From assembly GCA_031441465.1 (NCBI GenBank), contig JANOEP010000046.1, positions 86,922-150,921 on the forward strand: a stretch of DNA of 64,000 bases, written 5' to 3'. Below the pieces are notes generated by a model. The model was not told the DNA's origin and did not search any database. It saw only the letters and a program-made list of their open reading frames with translations. Each line of letters starts with the position of its first letter. The stretch's first letter is position 1. This document shows, one piece after another, positions 36,878-49,313 of the stretch. The translations under genes were made by a program, and so were the position numbers. The stretch is from a bacterium (GTDB lineage Bacteria; Krumholzibacteriota; Krumholzibacteriia; LZORAL124-64-63).

Positions 36878-38445
36878 CGGTCCCCCTTCAACGCCGCGAT
36901 CGCGGCGGCGGTCTGGTCAGCAGGCTCCCGGACGGCCAACCCGTACGTGGATTCGGTCGGACGGACGGCGGCGACGGGAGCCAGGATCCGCTCGAGCGAG
37001 GGCTCCAACCGCTCCAGCAGCGGTGCAGGGTGGACGCCCAGCACCACGATCATGATCAGGATGGGCAGCAGGACGGCCCACTCGCGCGGGCTGAGGTCCG
37101 GCAGGTCGCGGTTGCGTTCGCCGAGCTTGCCCAGGAACACGCGCTGGTACATCCAGAGCATGTAGATGGCGCCCAGCACGACGCCGGTGGCCGCCAGAGC
37201 CGTCAGCAGGCGGGCGTGCGGCAGCAGCCGGCTGCCGAAGGTGCCGAACAGGATCAGGAACTCGCCGGTGAAACCGCAGAGGCCGGGCAGCCCGATGCTG
37301 GCCAGGGTCACGAACAGGAACACCGCGGCGTAGCGCGGCATCGCGTGGGCGAGGCCGCCGAACTCCGAGATCAGGCGCGTGTGGCGCCGCTCGTAGACCA
37401 TCCCCACCAGCAGGAAGAGCGCCCCGGTCGACAGGCCGTGGGCCAGCATCTGCACCACGCCGCCGGCGGCGCCGGTCACCGTCAGGCTGAACAGGCCCAG
37501 CACCACGAAGCCCAGGTGGCTGACGCTCGAGTAGGCCACGAGCTTCTTGACGTCCTGCTGGACCATGGCCACCAGGGCCCCGTAGACCACCCCGATCACG
37601 GCCAGCCAGGCGAGCCAGGGGCCGAGCGACAGCGCGGCCAGGGGGAACAGCGGGATCGCGAAGCGCAGCAGGCCGTAGGTGCCCATCTTCAGCAGGATGC
37701 CGGCCAGGATGACCGAGCCGGCGGTCGGCGCCTCGACGTGGGCGTCGGGCAGCCAGGTGTGGAAGGGGAACAGGGGCACCTTGATCGCGAAGGCCAGCGC
37801 GAAGGCGAGGAACAGCCACGACTGCTGCCCGCGCGACAGTTCGAGTTGCAGGAAGTCGGCCAGCGCCATGCTGCCCGCCTGCTGGTAGCACCACAGGATG
37901 GCGACCAGCATGAAGACCGACCCGACCATCGTGAACAGGAAGAACTTCACCGCGGCGTAGACGCGCCGCTCCCCGCCCCAGATGCCGATCAGGAAGTACA
38001 TGGGGATCAGCATCGCCTCCCAGAACACGTAGAACAGCAGCATGTCGCGGGCCAGGAAGGTGCCGATCATCGCGGTCTGCAGCAGCAGCAGGAAGGCCAT
38101 CGCCTCGCGCACGCGTTCGGTGATCGCGCGCCAGGTGCTGAGGATCACCAGGGGGCCCAGGAAGGTCGTCAGCAGGACGAGCCAGAGCGAGACCCCGTCC
38201 AGACCCAGGCTGTAGGCGATCTTGCCGCCGGCGAGCCAGGGGGCGTGCTCGACGAACTGGTCGGCGCCGTTGCCGACCGCGAAGTGGCGCAGCAGGTGCA
38301 GGGAGAGGACGAAGTCGGCCAGCGCCGCGCCCAGGGCGAGCCGTCTGGCCGCGCCGGGGCTGCGCCCCGCCAGCAGGACCAGGACGGCCCCGAGCGCGGG
38401 CGCGAAGGCGACCCAGCTCAGAATGTGGTCCGTGATGAAAGCCAA
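36874..38445 (-). CDS. nuoM: NADH-quinone oxidoreductase subunit M
   Basis: FYVFWEAMLIPMYFLIGIWG, KVPLFPFHTWLPDAHVEAPTAGS, KKLVAYSSVSHLG. Confidence 0.95.
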   Translation of the reverse strand: MAFITDHILSWVAFAPALGAVLVLLAGRSPGAARRLALGAALADFVLSLHLLRHFAVGNGADQFVEHAPWLAGGKIAYSLGLDGVSLWLVLLTTFLGPLVILSTWRAITERVREAMAFLLLLQTAMIGTFLARDMLLFYVFWEAMLIPMYFLIGIWGGERRVYAAVKFFLFTMVGSVFMLVAILWCYQQAGSMALADFLQLELSRGQQSWLFLAFALAFAIKVPLFPFHTWLPDAHVEAPTAGSVILAGILLKMGTYGLLRFAIPLFPLAALSLGPWLAWLAVIGVVYGALVAMVQQDVKKLVAYSSVSHLGFVVLGLFSLTVTGAAGGVVQMLAHGLSTGALFLLVGMVYERRHTRLISEFGGLAHAMPRYAAVFLFVTLASIGLPGLCGFTGEFLILFGTFGSRLLPHARLLTALAATGVVLGAIYMLWMYQRVFLGKLGERNRDLPDLSPREWAVLLPILIMIVVLGVHPAPLLERLEPSLERILAPVAAVRPTESTYGLAVREPADQTAAAIAALKGDR

Positions 38446-38458
38446 GGCCGGCCCTCCC

Positions 38459-40432
<1,974 letters not shown>

Positions 40433-40436
40433 GGCG

Positions 40437-40742
40437 TCACTCCATCAGCGTGTTGAGGTCGTCCACGTTCACCGACCGGCGCAGCCGGTAGATCTCCACC
40501 AGGATGGCCAGGCCGATGGCCGCCTCGGCGGCCGCGACGGCGAAGACCATCAGCACGAAGACGTGACCCGCCAGGTCGCCGTGCAGGCGCGAGTAGGCGG
40601 CGAACACGAGGTTCGCGGCGCTGAGCATGATCTCGATGCTCATGAACATGATCAGGCTGTTGCGGCGGATCAGGACGCCGGCCATCCCGACCAGGAACAG
40701 CGCCGCCGCCAGCACGAGGTAGTGCGTCAGTCCCACGGTCAC
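40437..40742 (-). CDS. nuoK: NADH-quinone oxidoreductase subunit K
   Basis: RRNSLIMFMSIEIML, VAAAEAAIGLAI. Confidence 0.95.
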   Translation of the reverse strand: MTVGLTHYLVLAAALFLVGMAGVLIRRNSLIMFMSIEIMLSAANLVFAAYSRLHGDLAGHVFVLMVFAVAAAEAAIGLAILVEIYRLRRSVNVDDLNTLME

Positions 40743-41242
40743 GGCAGAACCTCCTGCTTGCGGCCCAGCGCCATCACGCCCACGATCGCCACCAGCAGCA
40801 CGATCGAGATCAGTTCGAACGCCAGGAGGTAGCGGTTCAGCAGCAGGGACGCCACGGCCGCGGCGGTGCCCGTCACCGGCGTCGCGCCGAAGGCCGCCTC
40901 GCGGCCCCGCACCGCCCAGCTGATCAGGATCACCGCGATGGCGGCGGCGGGCAGGGCCAGCACGACCTTGCGCCCGACGGTGCGTCCCGCGACCTCCGCC
41001 GGCAGGACCGGACCCTGCAGCATCATGATCACGAACAGGAACAGCACCATGATGGCGCCCGCGTAGATCAGGATCTGCAGGATGGCCAGGAACGGCGCCG
41101 CGAGCAGGGCGAAGACGCCGGCGGCGCAGACGAAGCTGAACACCAGCCAGACGGCCGCCGCCACGGCGCTGCGGCTCGCGACGGTCATCGCCGCCGCGCC
41201 CAGCATCAGCCCCCCGAAGAGGTAGAAGAGGATCGTCTCCAC
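40739..41242 (-). CDS. nuoJ: NADH-quinone oxidoreductase subunit J
   Basis: QILIYAGAIMVLFLFVIMML, YLLAFELISIVLLVA. Confidence 0.93.
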   Translation of the reverse strand: METILFYLFGGLMLGAAAMTVASRSAVAAAVWLVFSFVCAAGVFALLAAPFLAILQILIYAGAIMVLFLFVIMMLQGPVLPAEVAGRTVGRKVVLALPAAAIAVILISWAVRGREAAFGATPVTGTAAAVASLLLNRYLLAFELISIVLLVAIVGVMALGRKQEVLP

Positions 41243-41263
41243 GTCAGTCGCCTCCCCGCGCCG

Positions 41264-41761
41264 TCAGCGCGTGCCGTCCGTCGTGTTGTTCAGCAGGAAT
41301 TCCTTGTCGACCCAGAACTTCGCGCGGCTGTCGGCCGCGAGGTCGTAGATGCCCGTGTCCATGCGGATGGCGTCGCAGGGGCACGCCTCCTCGCAGAGCC
41401 CGCAGTAGACGCAGCGCAGCAGGTCGATCTCGAAACTGGCCGGCGCCTTCTCGATCGCGGGGTCGGGATGCTCCTCGGCCACGATATGGATGCAGTCCGC
41501 GGGGCAGGCGGTGCTGCACATCATGCAGGCCACGCAGCGCGGGGTGCCGTCCTCGCGCTTCATCAGCCGGTGCCGCCCGCGGAAACGCTCGCTGTAGACG
41601 CGGCGCTCCTCCGGATACTGCAAGGTGGGGAGGTCCCCGGTGTGCAGGAGGTTGCGGATCACGTGCCGGATCGTGATGCCGAGCCCGCGGAAGATTTCGA
41701 CCAGGTACAGGCGCTCCCAGAGCGTCATCCTGCCGCCGTAGCCGTGGACTTTCCCGTTCAT
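41264..41761 (-). CDS. nuoI: NADH-quinone oxidoreductase subunit I
   Basis: TLQYPEE, CVACMMCSTACP, CVYCGLCEEACP. Confidence 0.95.
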   Translation of the reverse strand: MNGKVHGYGGRMTLWERLYLVEIFRGLGITIRHVIRNLLHTGDLPTLQYPEERRVYSERFRGRHRLMKREDGTPRCVACMMCSTACPADCIHIVAEEHPDPAIEKAPASFEIDLLRCVYCGLCEEACPCDAIRMDTGIYDLAADSRAKFWVDKEFLLNNTTDGTR

Positions 41762-41792
41762 GCTATTGCTATCCCTCCCGGCGGACCGGTAC

Positions 41793-43067
41793 TCAGACGA
41801 ACGCCACGACCACCGCGGTCACGACCAGGTTGGCCAGCGCCAGCGGCAGCATCACCTTCCAGCCCAGGTGCATGAGCTGGTCGTAGCGGAAGCGCGGCAG
41901 GGTCCAGCGCACCCAGATGAAGAACCAGCAGAAGAAGACGACCTTGCCCACGAAGGCGCCGACCTGCAGCACGGTCGCCAGCAGCGAGGCGCCGGCGGGG
42001 CCGATCTCCCAGGGCCGCAGGGCGAACGCGGCGAGGCCGGCCAGCCAGGCCAGGATGCAGACGCCGGCCATCAGCCCCGGCTCGCGGTCGCGCCCGTCGC
42101 CGAACTTGCCGCGCTCACGGGACGCCCGCCGCAGGTAGAGCGCGGCGGCCAGGGCGCAGACCGCGACGTGGGCGCCCAGCAGCAGCGGCAGCAGGACGCC
42201 GGCGCGGGCTTCGATGACCGCGCGGGACAGCCAGGGAAGGTTCCAGCCGCCGAAGTAGAGGGTCGCGATCAGGGCCGACGCCACGACCAGGTTCGTGTAC
42301 TCGGCCATGAAGAACAGGGCGAACTTCATCGAGCTGTACTCGAGGTGGTAACCGGATACCAGCTCCGACTCGCCCTCGGGCAGGTCGAAGGGGTTGCGGT
42401 TGGTCTCGGCGAAGGCGGCGGTCATGAACAGGATCGCGCCCAGGGGCTGGATCACCACGCCCCAGCGCGGCAGGAATCCCCAGAGCAGGACGCCCTGGCC
42501 GGCCACGACGTCGGTCAGGCGCAGGGACTGGCTGACCAGCAGCAGGCCCATCAGCGCCAGGCCCATGCTGATCTCGTAGCTGATCATCTGCGACGTGGAG
42601 CGCACGGCCCCGAGGAAGGTGTACTTGTTGTTGGAGGCCCAGCCGCCCATGACGATGCCGTAGGTGCCCAGGCTGGCGATGGCCAGCACGTAGAGGATCC
42701 CCACGTCGAGGTCGGCCACCACCAGGGGGATCCGGCGGCCGCCGACCTCCAGGTAGTCGCCGAAGGGGATCACCGCATAGGTCAGCAGGGAGACGAAGAA
42801 GACCAGGAACGGCGCCAGCGCGTACATCACGCGGTGGACTCCGGCCGGCCGCACGTCCTCCTTGAACAGGAGCTTCAGCACGTCGGCGATCGGGTGGATC
42901 AGGCCGGCGAGGCGGATGCCCGCGATGCCCGCCCGGTTCGGCCCCGTGCGGTCCTGGATGAAGGCCGAGCCCTTGCGCTCGGCCCAGATCAGCACGGGCA
43001 CCAGTCCCAGGATCACCGCCAGGATGAAGGCCATCTTCAGGAAGGTCGTCAGCACGAGGTCCATCAC
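41793..43067 (-). CDS. nuoH: NADH-quinone oxidoreductase subunit H (long form)
   Basis: ERK..AFIQDRTGPNR, AETNRNPFDLPEGESELV, RWTLPRFRYDQLM. Confidence 0.95.
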   Translation of the reverse strand: MMDLVLTTFLKMAFILAVILGLVPVLIWAERKGSAFIQDRTGPNRAGIAGIRLAGLIHPIADVLKLLFKEDVRPAGVHRVMYALAPFLVFFVSLLTYAVIPFGDYLEVGGRRIPLVVADLDVGILYVLAIASLGTYGIVMGGWASNNKYTFLGAVRSTSQMISYEISMGLALMGLLLVSQSLRLTDVVAGQGVLLWGFLPRWGVVIQPLGAILFMTAAFAETNRNPFDLPEGESELVSGYHLEYSSMKFALFFMAEYTNLVVASALIATLYFGGWNLPWLSRAVIEARAGVLLPLLLGAHVAVCALAAALYLRRASRERGKFGDGRDREPGLMAGVCILAWLAGLAAFALRPWEIGPAGASLLATVLQVGAFVGKVVFFCWFFIWVRWTLPRFRYDQLMHLGWKVMLPLALANLVVTAVVVAFV

Positions 43068-44650
43068 CGCTCACCTCCGTGGCCCGCCGCGACGGCGTCG
43101 GGCACCAGACCTTCGGGCGGCAGGACGTTGAGGTCGACGCCCGCCAGGGCGGGCACGCGCGCGGCGACCCAGCCTCGCAGCTCCGGCAGGGAGACCGGGG
43201 CGTCCGTCTCGCCCGTCGCCGTCAGCCAGTCGGCCAGGAAGCGCCAGTCCTCCTGGGCGAGACCGGGGCGCACGATCGCGCGGCGCGACGCCTGCACGCG
43301 GCCCTGACGGTTGACGAGGAGCCCGTCCTTCTCCGCCCAGGCGCTCAGCGGGATCACGACCTCCGCCGCCTCGGCGGTGGCGCCGCGGCGGGTGCCGAGG
43401 TGGATCACGGTCCGGCCGGCGACCGCTTCGCACCAGCCGGGTGCGTCGGCGACGGGATCGGCGCCGTAGACCAGCACGGCGCCCCGGGTGGCGCGCACGC
43501 GCGCCGCGAGGTCGGCCCCCGCCGGTTCCTCGAGGCCGAGCCAGGACAGCGACGCGCGGTTGGGGGCGCGGTCGGCGCTCACCAGCAGGTCGTCGCCCTC
43601 GCCGCGGTCGGCCTCGCGGGGGCCGCCGCTGACGGCCGCCGGCGCCGCGCCCAGGGCCGCGGCCAGGTGCGTGAACAGGGCGATCTCTTCCAGGGTCTGC
43701 CGGGGCGCCACCACGGCGAAGCCCAGCGGCGCGTCGCGGCCGACGAGCCCGGCCAGCGCTTCCCAGGCCTCGGGCCAGGTCGCGGCCCGCAGCGCGCCGT
43801 CGCGCCTCAGCAGGGGCTCGCGCAGGCGGTCCGCGGCGTGGAGCGGCCGGTAGGTGTCGCGGCCCTCGTCGCACATCCAGGCGCCGTTGACCGCCGGGTT
43901 GCGGCGCGGTTTCAGCCGGTAGACGGTGCCGGCCTCGTGGTCGACGCGCACGTTGCAGCCGGTGGCGCAGCCGTGGCAGATCGAGGGCGTGCTCTTGAGC
44001 AGCCAGACCCGCTTCTTGAAGCGGAAATCCAGGCTGGTGAGCGCGCCGACCGGGCAGATGTCGACCGTGTTCAGGCTGTAGGCGTTGTCGAGCTGGCGGC
44101 CGGGGGCGACGCCGATCTCGGCGCGGTCCCCGCGGTTGAAGATGCCCAGTTCGCCGGTGCGGGTGACCTCGTCGCAGAAGCGCACGCAGCGGCTGCAGAG
44201 CACGCAGCGCTCCTTGTCCAGCACGACGCGCGGCCCGATGACCTGCACCTTGGCCTTGTGCACCTTGTCCGACATGCCCACCTCGGACTCGTAGAGCCCG
44301 TAGGTCATGTACTGGTCCTGCAGGCCGCACTCGCCGGCCTGGTCGCAGATCGGGCAGTCGACGGGGTGGTTGATGAGGTGCATCTCCAGGATCTGCTGCG
44401 CCGCCCGGCGCACCTTCTCGCTGCGGGTGTGCACGACCATGCCCTCGCGCACCGCCGTGTTGCAGGCGATGGTCAGCTTGGGCATCCCCTCCACCTCGAC
44501 CTGGCAGAGGCGGCAGACGCCGGCCACGGACAGGTCGGGGTGGTAGCAGAAGTGGGGCAGCGCCTCGCCGCGCGCCTCGCGGCAGGCGTCGAACAGCGAC
44601 GTGCCCGCGGCGAACTCCAGCTCCCGGCCGTCGATCGTCACCTTGACCAT
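43064..44650 (-). CDS. nuoG: NADH-quinone oxidoreductase subunit G (short form)
   Basis: FCYHPDLSVAGVCRLC, HPVDCPICDQAGECGLQ, CVLCSRCVRFC, CHGCATGC. Confidence 0.92.
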   Translation of the reverse strand: MVKVTIDGRELEFAAGTSLFDACREARGEALPHFCYHPDLSVAGVCRLCQVEVEGMPKLTIACNTAVREGMVVHTRSEKVRRAAQQILEMHLINHPVDCPICDQAGECGLQDQYMTYGLYESEVGMSDKVHKAKVQVIGPRVVLDKERCVLCSRCVRFCDEVTRTGELGIFNRGDRAEIGVAPGRQLDNAYSLNTVDICPVGALTSLDFRFKKRVWLLKSTPSICHGCATGCNVRVDHEAGTVYRLKPRRNPAVNGAWMCDEGRDTYRPLHAADRLREPLLRRDGALRAATWPEAWEALAGLVGRDAPLGFAVVAPRQTLEEIALFTHLAAALGAAPAAVSGGPREADRGEGDDLLVSADRAPNRASLSWLGLEEPAGADLAARVRATRGAVLVYGADPVADAPGWCEAVAGRTVIHLGTRRGATAEAAEVVIPLSAWAEKDGLLVNRQGRVQASRRAIVRPGLAQEDWRFLADWLTATGETDAPVSLPELRGWVAARVPALAGVDLNVLPPEGLVPDAVAAGHGGER

Positions 44651-44654
44651 GGGC

Positions 44655-45959
44655 TCAACTCCTGATCTCCCGCGCCCAGCGGGAGTCGGGTTCGGTCGCA
44701 CGGCGCCCCGCGGCCAGCGCCTCGAATTCCGGCCGGAAACGCTGCAGGAAGCTGCGCATCGGCATCACGGCCGCGTCCGCCAGCGGGCAGATCGTCAGGC
44801 CGGCCATGCCCTCGCAGACCTTTTCCAGCAGCGCGAGGTCTTCCGGCGCGCCCTCGCCCCGGCGCAGGCGCTGGACGATCTTGTGCAACCAGCCCGTCCC
44901 TTCGCGGCAGGGCGTGCACTGGCCGCACGATTCGTCCCAGTAGAAGTGCATCAGGACCTGGATCAGCTCCACCATGTCGCAGCGCTGCGGGATGATGATC
45001 ATGCCGCCGGAGCCGAGCATGGTGCCGGCCGTGGCCAGGGACTCGTAGTCCAGCGCGACCTCCATGGCCTCCGCCGCGGTCAGCACCGGAACCGACGAGC
45101 CGCCCACGATCACGGCCTTCAACTCTTCGCCGTCGGCCATGCCGCCCAGCCAGTCATCGAAGAACTCGCGGAACGGCAGGCCCAGGGGGATCTCATGGAC
45201 GCCGGGCCGGCGGACCGGACCGCTGACGCTGAACAGCTTCGTGCCGGGCGACTTCTCGGTACCGAACTTCCGGTAGGCGGTCGCCCCGTGCTCGAGGATC
45301 CACGGCACGGCGGCCACGGTCTCGACGTTGTTGACGATGGTCGGTTTGCCCAGGAAACCGCTGACGGCCGGGAACGGCGGCTTGATGTTCGGCTGGCCCT
45401 TCAAGCCGGTCACCGAATTGATCAGGCCCGTCTCCTCGCCGCAGATGTAGGCGCCGGCGCCCTTGTGCACGATCATCTCGAGTTCGTAGGCGCCGCCGAA
45501 GGCGCCGCGGCCGAGGTAGCCGGCGGCGTAGGCCTCGTCCACAGCCTTTTGCACGCGGTCGATCAGCCAGCCGAACTCGCCGCGGATGTAGATCACGCAG
45601 AGCTTCGCCCCGACCGCGAACGAGGAGATCGCCGAGCCCTCGATCACCGCGTGCGGGTCGTAGTCCAGCAGGAAGCGGTCCTTGAAGGTGCCCGGCTCGG
45701 ACTCGTCGGCGTTGACCATGAAGTAGACCGTCTCGGCGCCCTGCGGCACGAAGCCCCACTTCACGCCCGCGGGGAAGCCGGCGCCGCCGCGGCCGCGCAG
45801 GCCCGAGGCCTTGACCTCTTCGCGGACGGCGACGGCGCCCAGCTCGCCGACCGCCCGGCGCAAAGCGCGGTAGCCGCCGTCGGCCTCGTACGCCGCCAGC
45901 CGGTGGCCGTCGCGGCGGTCGAAGCGTCGCGAGAGGATCCGGTACTGATCCTGGTTCAT
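44655..45959 (-). CDS. nuoF: NADH-quinone oxidoreductase subunit F
   Basis: GLRGRGGAGFP, NADESEPGTFKDR, GAGAYICGEET, ESCGQCTPCREG. Confidence 0.96.
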   Translation of the reverse strand: MNQDQYRILSRRFDRRDGHRLAAYEADGGYRALRRAVGELGAVAVREEVKASGLRGRGGAGFPAGVKWGFVPQGAETVYFMVNADESEPGTFKDRFLLDYDPHAVIEGSAISSFAVGAKLCVIYIRGEFGWLIDRVQKAVDEAYAAGYLGRGAFGGAYELEMIVHKGAGAYICGEETGLINSVTGLKGQPNIKPPFPAVSGFLGKPTIVNNVETVAAVPWILEHGATAYRKFGTEKSPGTKLFSVSGPVRRPGVHEIPLGLPFREFFDDWLGGMADGEELKAVIVGGSSVPVLTAAEAMEVALDYESLATAGTMLGSGGMIIIPQRCDMVELIQVLMHFYWDESCGQCTPCREGTGWLHKIVQRLRRGEGAPEDLALLEKVCEGMAGLTICPLADAAVMPMRSFLQRFRPEFEALAAGRRATEPDSRWAREIRS

Positions 45960-45960
45960 C

Positions 45961-46503
45961 CTAGTCCTCCAGATCCCGGTCGGTGTCCGGCCGGGGAGGA
46001 TCGCTCCGGCGCAGGCCGTCGACGAGGGCGTCGGCCCTTTCGGGAGTCAGGTGCTCGTAGAGGTGCTTGCCCAGCTGCAAGCAGGGACCCATGCCGCAGG
46101 CGCCGAGGCACTCGACGCCCTCCAGGGCGAATTCGCCGTCGGGCGTCGCCTCCCCCCTGCGGATCCCCAGCTTCCCCTCGAGGTGGGCCAGCAGCGGCTG
46201 CGCGCCCATGATGTGGCAGCTGATGTTGTGGCAGACCTGCAGGACGTGGCGGGCCTGCGGCCGGTCGCGGTACATGGAGTAGAACGAGATGACCTCGCGG
46301 ACCTTGGCCTCGGACAGCTCGAGCTGAGCCGCCGTCCAGGTGACGGCGGCGTCCGAGAGGTGGCCGTCGCGGTCCTGGATCAGCCACAGGGTCGGCATCA
46401 GCGCGCTGCGCCGCGTCGGGTAGCGCGCCAGGACGTCCGCGAAGCGCGCGGCGTCCTGCTCGCCGAGTCCGAAGCCGTTCCCGTCCTCGACCGGATCGCT
46501 CAT
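45961..46503 (-). CDS. nuoE: NADH-quinone oxidoreductase subunit E
   Basis: SFYSMY, VCHNISC, ECLGACGMGP. Confidence 0.94.
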   Translation of the reverse strand: MSDPVEDGNGFGLGEQDAARFADVLARYPTRRSALMPTLWLIQDRDGHLSDAAVTWTAAQLELSEAKVREVISFYSMYRDRPQARHVLQVCHNISCHIMGAQPLLAHLEGKLGIRRGEATPDGEFALEGVECLGACGMGPCLQLGKHLYEHLTPERADALVDGLRRSDPPRPDTDRDLED

Positions 46504-46575
46504 GTCACCGGTTCCTTTCCGCGCGGGAACCGCGCTGCCGCGGTTCAGCGCCCTGTTCGTCCGTCCGAGCCCGCC

Positions 46576-48300
46576 TCATCGGTCCAATTCCCCGGCGATG
46601 ATGTTGATGCTGCCGAGGATCGCCACGGCGTCGGGGATCATCAGGCCCTTGACCATCTCCCCGAAGGCCGAAAAGATCGGGAAGCACGGCGGGCGCACCT
46701 TGACGCGGTAGGGGCGGCCTCCGCCGTCGGACACGCAGTAGAAGCCCAGCTCGCCGTTGGCGCCCTCGCCGAAGCCGTAGGCCTCCCCCGCTGGCACCCG
46801 GGCGCCCTCCATGATCAGCTTGAACTGGTTCATGACGCCCTCGATGCTGCCGTAGACCTTCTCCTTGGGCGGCAGCGCGAAGCGGGGGTCGTCGATCAGG
46901 ATCGGGCCGCCGGGCAGGCCGCGCGCCAGGGCTTGGCGGACGATCCGCGAGCTCTGGCGCATCTCCTCGACGCGGACCATGATGCGGTCGCGGGTGTCGC
47001 CGCCGGCGCCGACCGGCACGTCGAAGTCGTAGGTCTCGTACCCGTCGTAGGGCGCGTGCTTGCGCACGTCGTAGGCCAGGCCCGTCGCGCGCAGGCAGGG
47101 GCCGGTGAAGCCCCAGTCGAGGGCCTGCTCGACGGTCATGACCCCGATGCCCACGGTGCGGTCCAGGAAGATGCGGTTGCGGGCGACCAGGCCCGTCACC
47201 TCGCCGATGGCCGTCTCGAGCTTGACCAGGTTGCGCTCGATGGCCGCCTCGAAGCCCTCGAACACATCGTAGCCCAGGCCGCCGATCCGCGTGAAGTTGG
47301 TCGTCAGGCGCGAGCCGCACAACGGCTCGATCACGTCGTAGTAGATGCTCTCGCGCACGTTGTAGAAGTACCAGTAGTTGGTCAGCGCGCCGAGGTCCAC
47401 GAGGTTCGCGCACACGCAGACCAGATGGTCGATGATGCGCGACAGCTCGCTGACGATCACGCGCACCACCCGCGCCCGCGGCGGGATCTCGGCGTCGAAC
47501 ATCTTCTCCACCGCGGCGCAGTAGACGCAGTTGTTCAACATCGCCGAGACGTAGTTGAGGCGGTCCGTGTAGGGCATCACCTGCGCCCAGGTGTGGTCCT
47601 CGGCCTCCTTCTCGAAGCAGCGGTGCAGGTAGCCGATCTCGGTGCGGGCCTCGACGATGGTCTCGCCGTCGAGCAGCACTTCGGCCCGCAGCGCGCCGTG
47701 GGTCGCGGGGTGGCTCGGCCCGATGTTGACAGTCAGCAGATCCGAGGGCAGGACCGCGTCGCCCGCCGCTTCGGAGCGGCGCGCCGCGCGCTCGATCTCG
47801 TGGTCCTGGATCAGCTTCTCGGGCGTCGAGAGGTACTGCCCCCGCTCGATCGGGTAGTCCTTGCGCAGGGCGTGGCCTTCGAACTCGTGGTGGCACAGGA
47901 TGCGGCGCAGGTCCGGGTGCCCCCGGAAGCGCACGCCGTACAGGTCGTAGACCTCGCGCTCGGCCCAGTTGGCCGAGCTGTACAGGCCGGCCAACGACGG
48001 CACGTCCTGCCCCTCCCGCGCCCGGACCTTGACCTGCAGGCGGTGGTTGCGCGCCAGGGAGCGCAGGTTGTAGACGACCTCGAAGCGGGCGGGATCGTCG
48101 CGGTGCGCGGGCAGCTCGCTGCGGTCGACTCCCACGACGTCCACCAGCAGCTCGCAGGCCTCGGCGTGCTTGAGGTGCGCGGCGACGACCGGCAGGTCCT
48201 CGCGGTCGACGACCACGGACTCGTCCCCGTGCTGCGAGCCGGCGTCCAGAATGCGGTCGCCGAACTCCGCCTGCAGACGTTCTACCAGCTTCTGGCTCAT
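46576..48300 (-). CDS. nuoCD: Fused NADH-quinone oxidoreductase subunit C/D
   Basis: EREVYDLYGVRFRGHPDLRRIL and LRKDYP (C); NIGPSHPATHGALR, GYLHRCFEK, GELDR (D). Confidence 0.95.
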   Translation of the reverse strand: MSQKLVERLQAEFGDRILDAGSQHGDESVVVDREDLPVVAAHLKHAEACELLVDVVGVDRSELPAHRDDPARFEVVYNLRSLARNHRLQVKVRAREGQDVPSLAGLYSSANWAEREVYDLYGVRFRGHPDLRRILCHHEFEGHALRKDYPIERGQYLSTPEKLIQDHEIERAARRSEAAGDAVLPSDLLTVNIGPSHPATHGALRAEVLLDGETIVEARTEIGYLHRCFEKEAEDHTWAQVMPYTDRLNYVSAMLNNCVYCAAVEKMFDAEIPPRARVVRVIVSELSRIIDHLVCVCANLVDLGALTNYWYFYNVRESIYYDVIEPLCGSRLTTNFTRIGGLGYDVFEGFEAAIERNLVKLETAIGEVTGLVARNRIFLDRTVGIGVMTVEQALDWGFTGPCLRATGLAYDVRKHAPYDGYETYDFDVPVGAGGDTRDRIMVRVEEMRQSSRIVRQALARGLPGGPILIDDPRFALPPKEKVYGSIEGVMNQFKLIMEGARVPAGEAYGFGEGANGELGFYCVSDGGGRPYRVKVRPPCFPIFSAFGEMVKGLMIPDAVAILGSINIIAGELDR

Positions 48301-48341
48301 GCGCTCCGTCCTGTGCGATGGCGGTGAAGCGTCGTCGGCGC

Positions 48342-48848
48342 TCAGGCGCCGGACTCGGGACCGTGGCGGCGGGCGGTCGGGACCAGCCCCTCCTGCCGCA
48401 CCTTCTCCTGCAGCTTCACCAGAGCCCCCAGCAGGTTCTCCGGGGTGGGCGGGCAACCCGCCACGTAGAAGTCGACCGGGATGATGTGATCGATCCCCTG
48501 CAGCGTGGAGTAGTTGTTGTAGAAACCGCCGCTGCTGGCGCAGACGCCCATGGCGATGACCCACTTGGGCTCGCACATCTGCGCGTAGATCGTCTTGAGG
48601 ATCGGCGCCTGCTTGTAGGAGATCGTGCCGGCGACGATCAGCAGGTCCGACTGTCGCGGCGAGAAGCGCACCGCCTCGGCGCCGAAGCGGCTGATGTCGT
48701 TGTAGGACGAGACGGTGCTCATGAACTCGATGGCGCAGCAGGCGGTGCCGAAGGGCAGGGGCCAGAGCGAGTACTGTCGCCCCCAGTTCACGGCCTGCCG
48801 CAGCCGCGTCGTGAGGAAGTTGCTGGGGCTGTCGAGGGTCACTGCCAT
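48342..48848 (-). CDS. nuoB: NADH-quinone oxidoreductase subunit B
   Basis: [33 protein letters not shown]. Confidence 0.96.
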   Translation of the reverse strand: MAVTLDSPSNFLTTRLRQAVNWGRQYSLWPLPFGTACCAIEFMSTVSSYNDISRFGAEAVRFSPRQSDLLIVAGTISYKQAPILKTIYAQMCEPKWVIAMGVCASSGGFYNNYSTLQGIDHIIPVDFYVAGCPPTPENLLGALVKLQEKVRQEGLVPTARRHGPESGA

Positions 48849-49210
48849 TCGAGCCCGCCTTTCTTCCACACGTAGACGAAACCGACGACCAGCACCGCCA
48901 CGAAGGCGCCCATCTCGCCCAGGGCGAAGACCGCGCGACCGTCGGCGACCATGGAGCGGTAGAGGATGGCCCAGGGGTAGAGGAACACCGCTTCGAGGTC
49001 GAACAGCAGGAACAGCAGGGCCACCAGGAAGAAGCGCACGAAGAAGCGGATCTGCACCGAACTGCGCGCCGGGACGCCGCACTCGTAGGTCGTGGATTTC
49101 AGGCGGTCGGGACGGTGGGGTCCCAGCCAGCTGCTCAACCCCAGGAACAGCAGGGCCAGCAGGGCGGCCGTGCCCACGACCATCAAGATGGGGATCGCTT
49201 GTGCGCTCAT
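48839..49210 (-). CDS. nuoA: NADH-quinone oxidoreductase subunit A
   Basis: [29 protein letters not shown]. Confidence 0.96.
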   Translation of the reverse strand: MSAQAIPILMVVGTAALLALLFLGLSSWLGPHRPDRLKSTTYECGVPARSSVQIRFFVRFFLVALLFLLFDLEAVFLYPWAILYRSMVADGRAVFALGEMGAFVAVLVVGFVYVWKKGGLEWQ

Positions 49211-49285
49211 CGCGGCAGCTCCTCGCCTCGCCGGGTCCAGGTCCGACCGCTCGCGGGGCCGGCACTTCCGGATATCCCACGATCC

Positions 49286-49303
49286 TTGTCAAGTTTTTCA
49301 CAG
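49286..49303. promoter_or_regulatory. Rex-like (or CRP-like) operator in the nuo leader
   Basis: TTGTCAA-GTTT-TTCACAG has 2 mismatches to TTGTGAA-N4-TTCACAA and lies just downstream of the predicted promoter. Confidence 0.55.
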
Positions 49304-49313
49304 CCGGTTCGTC

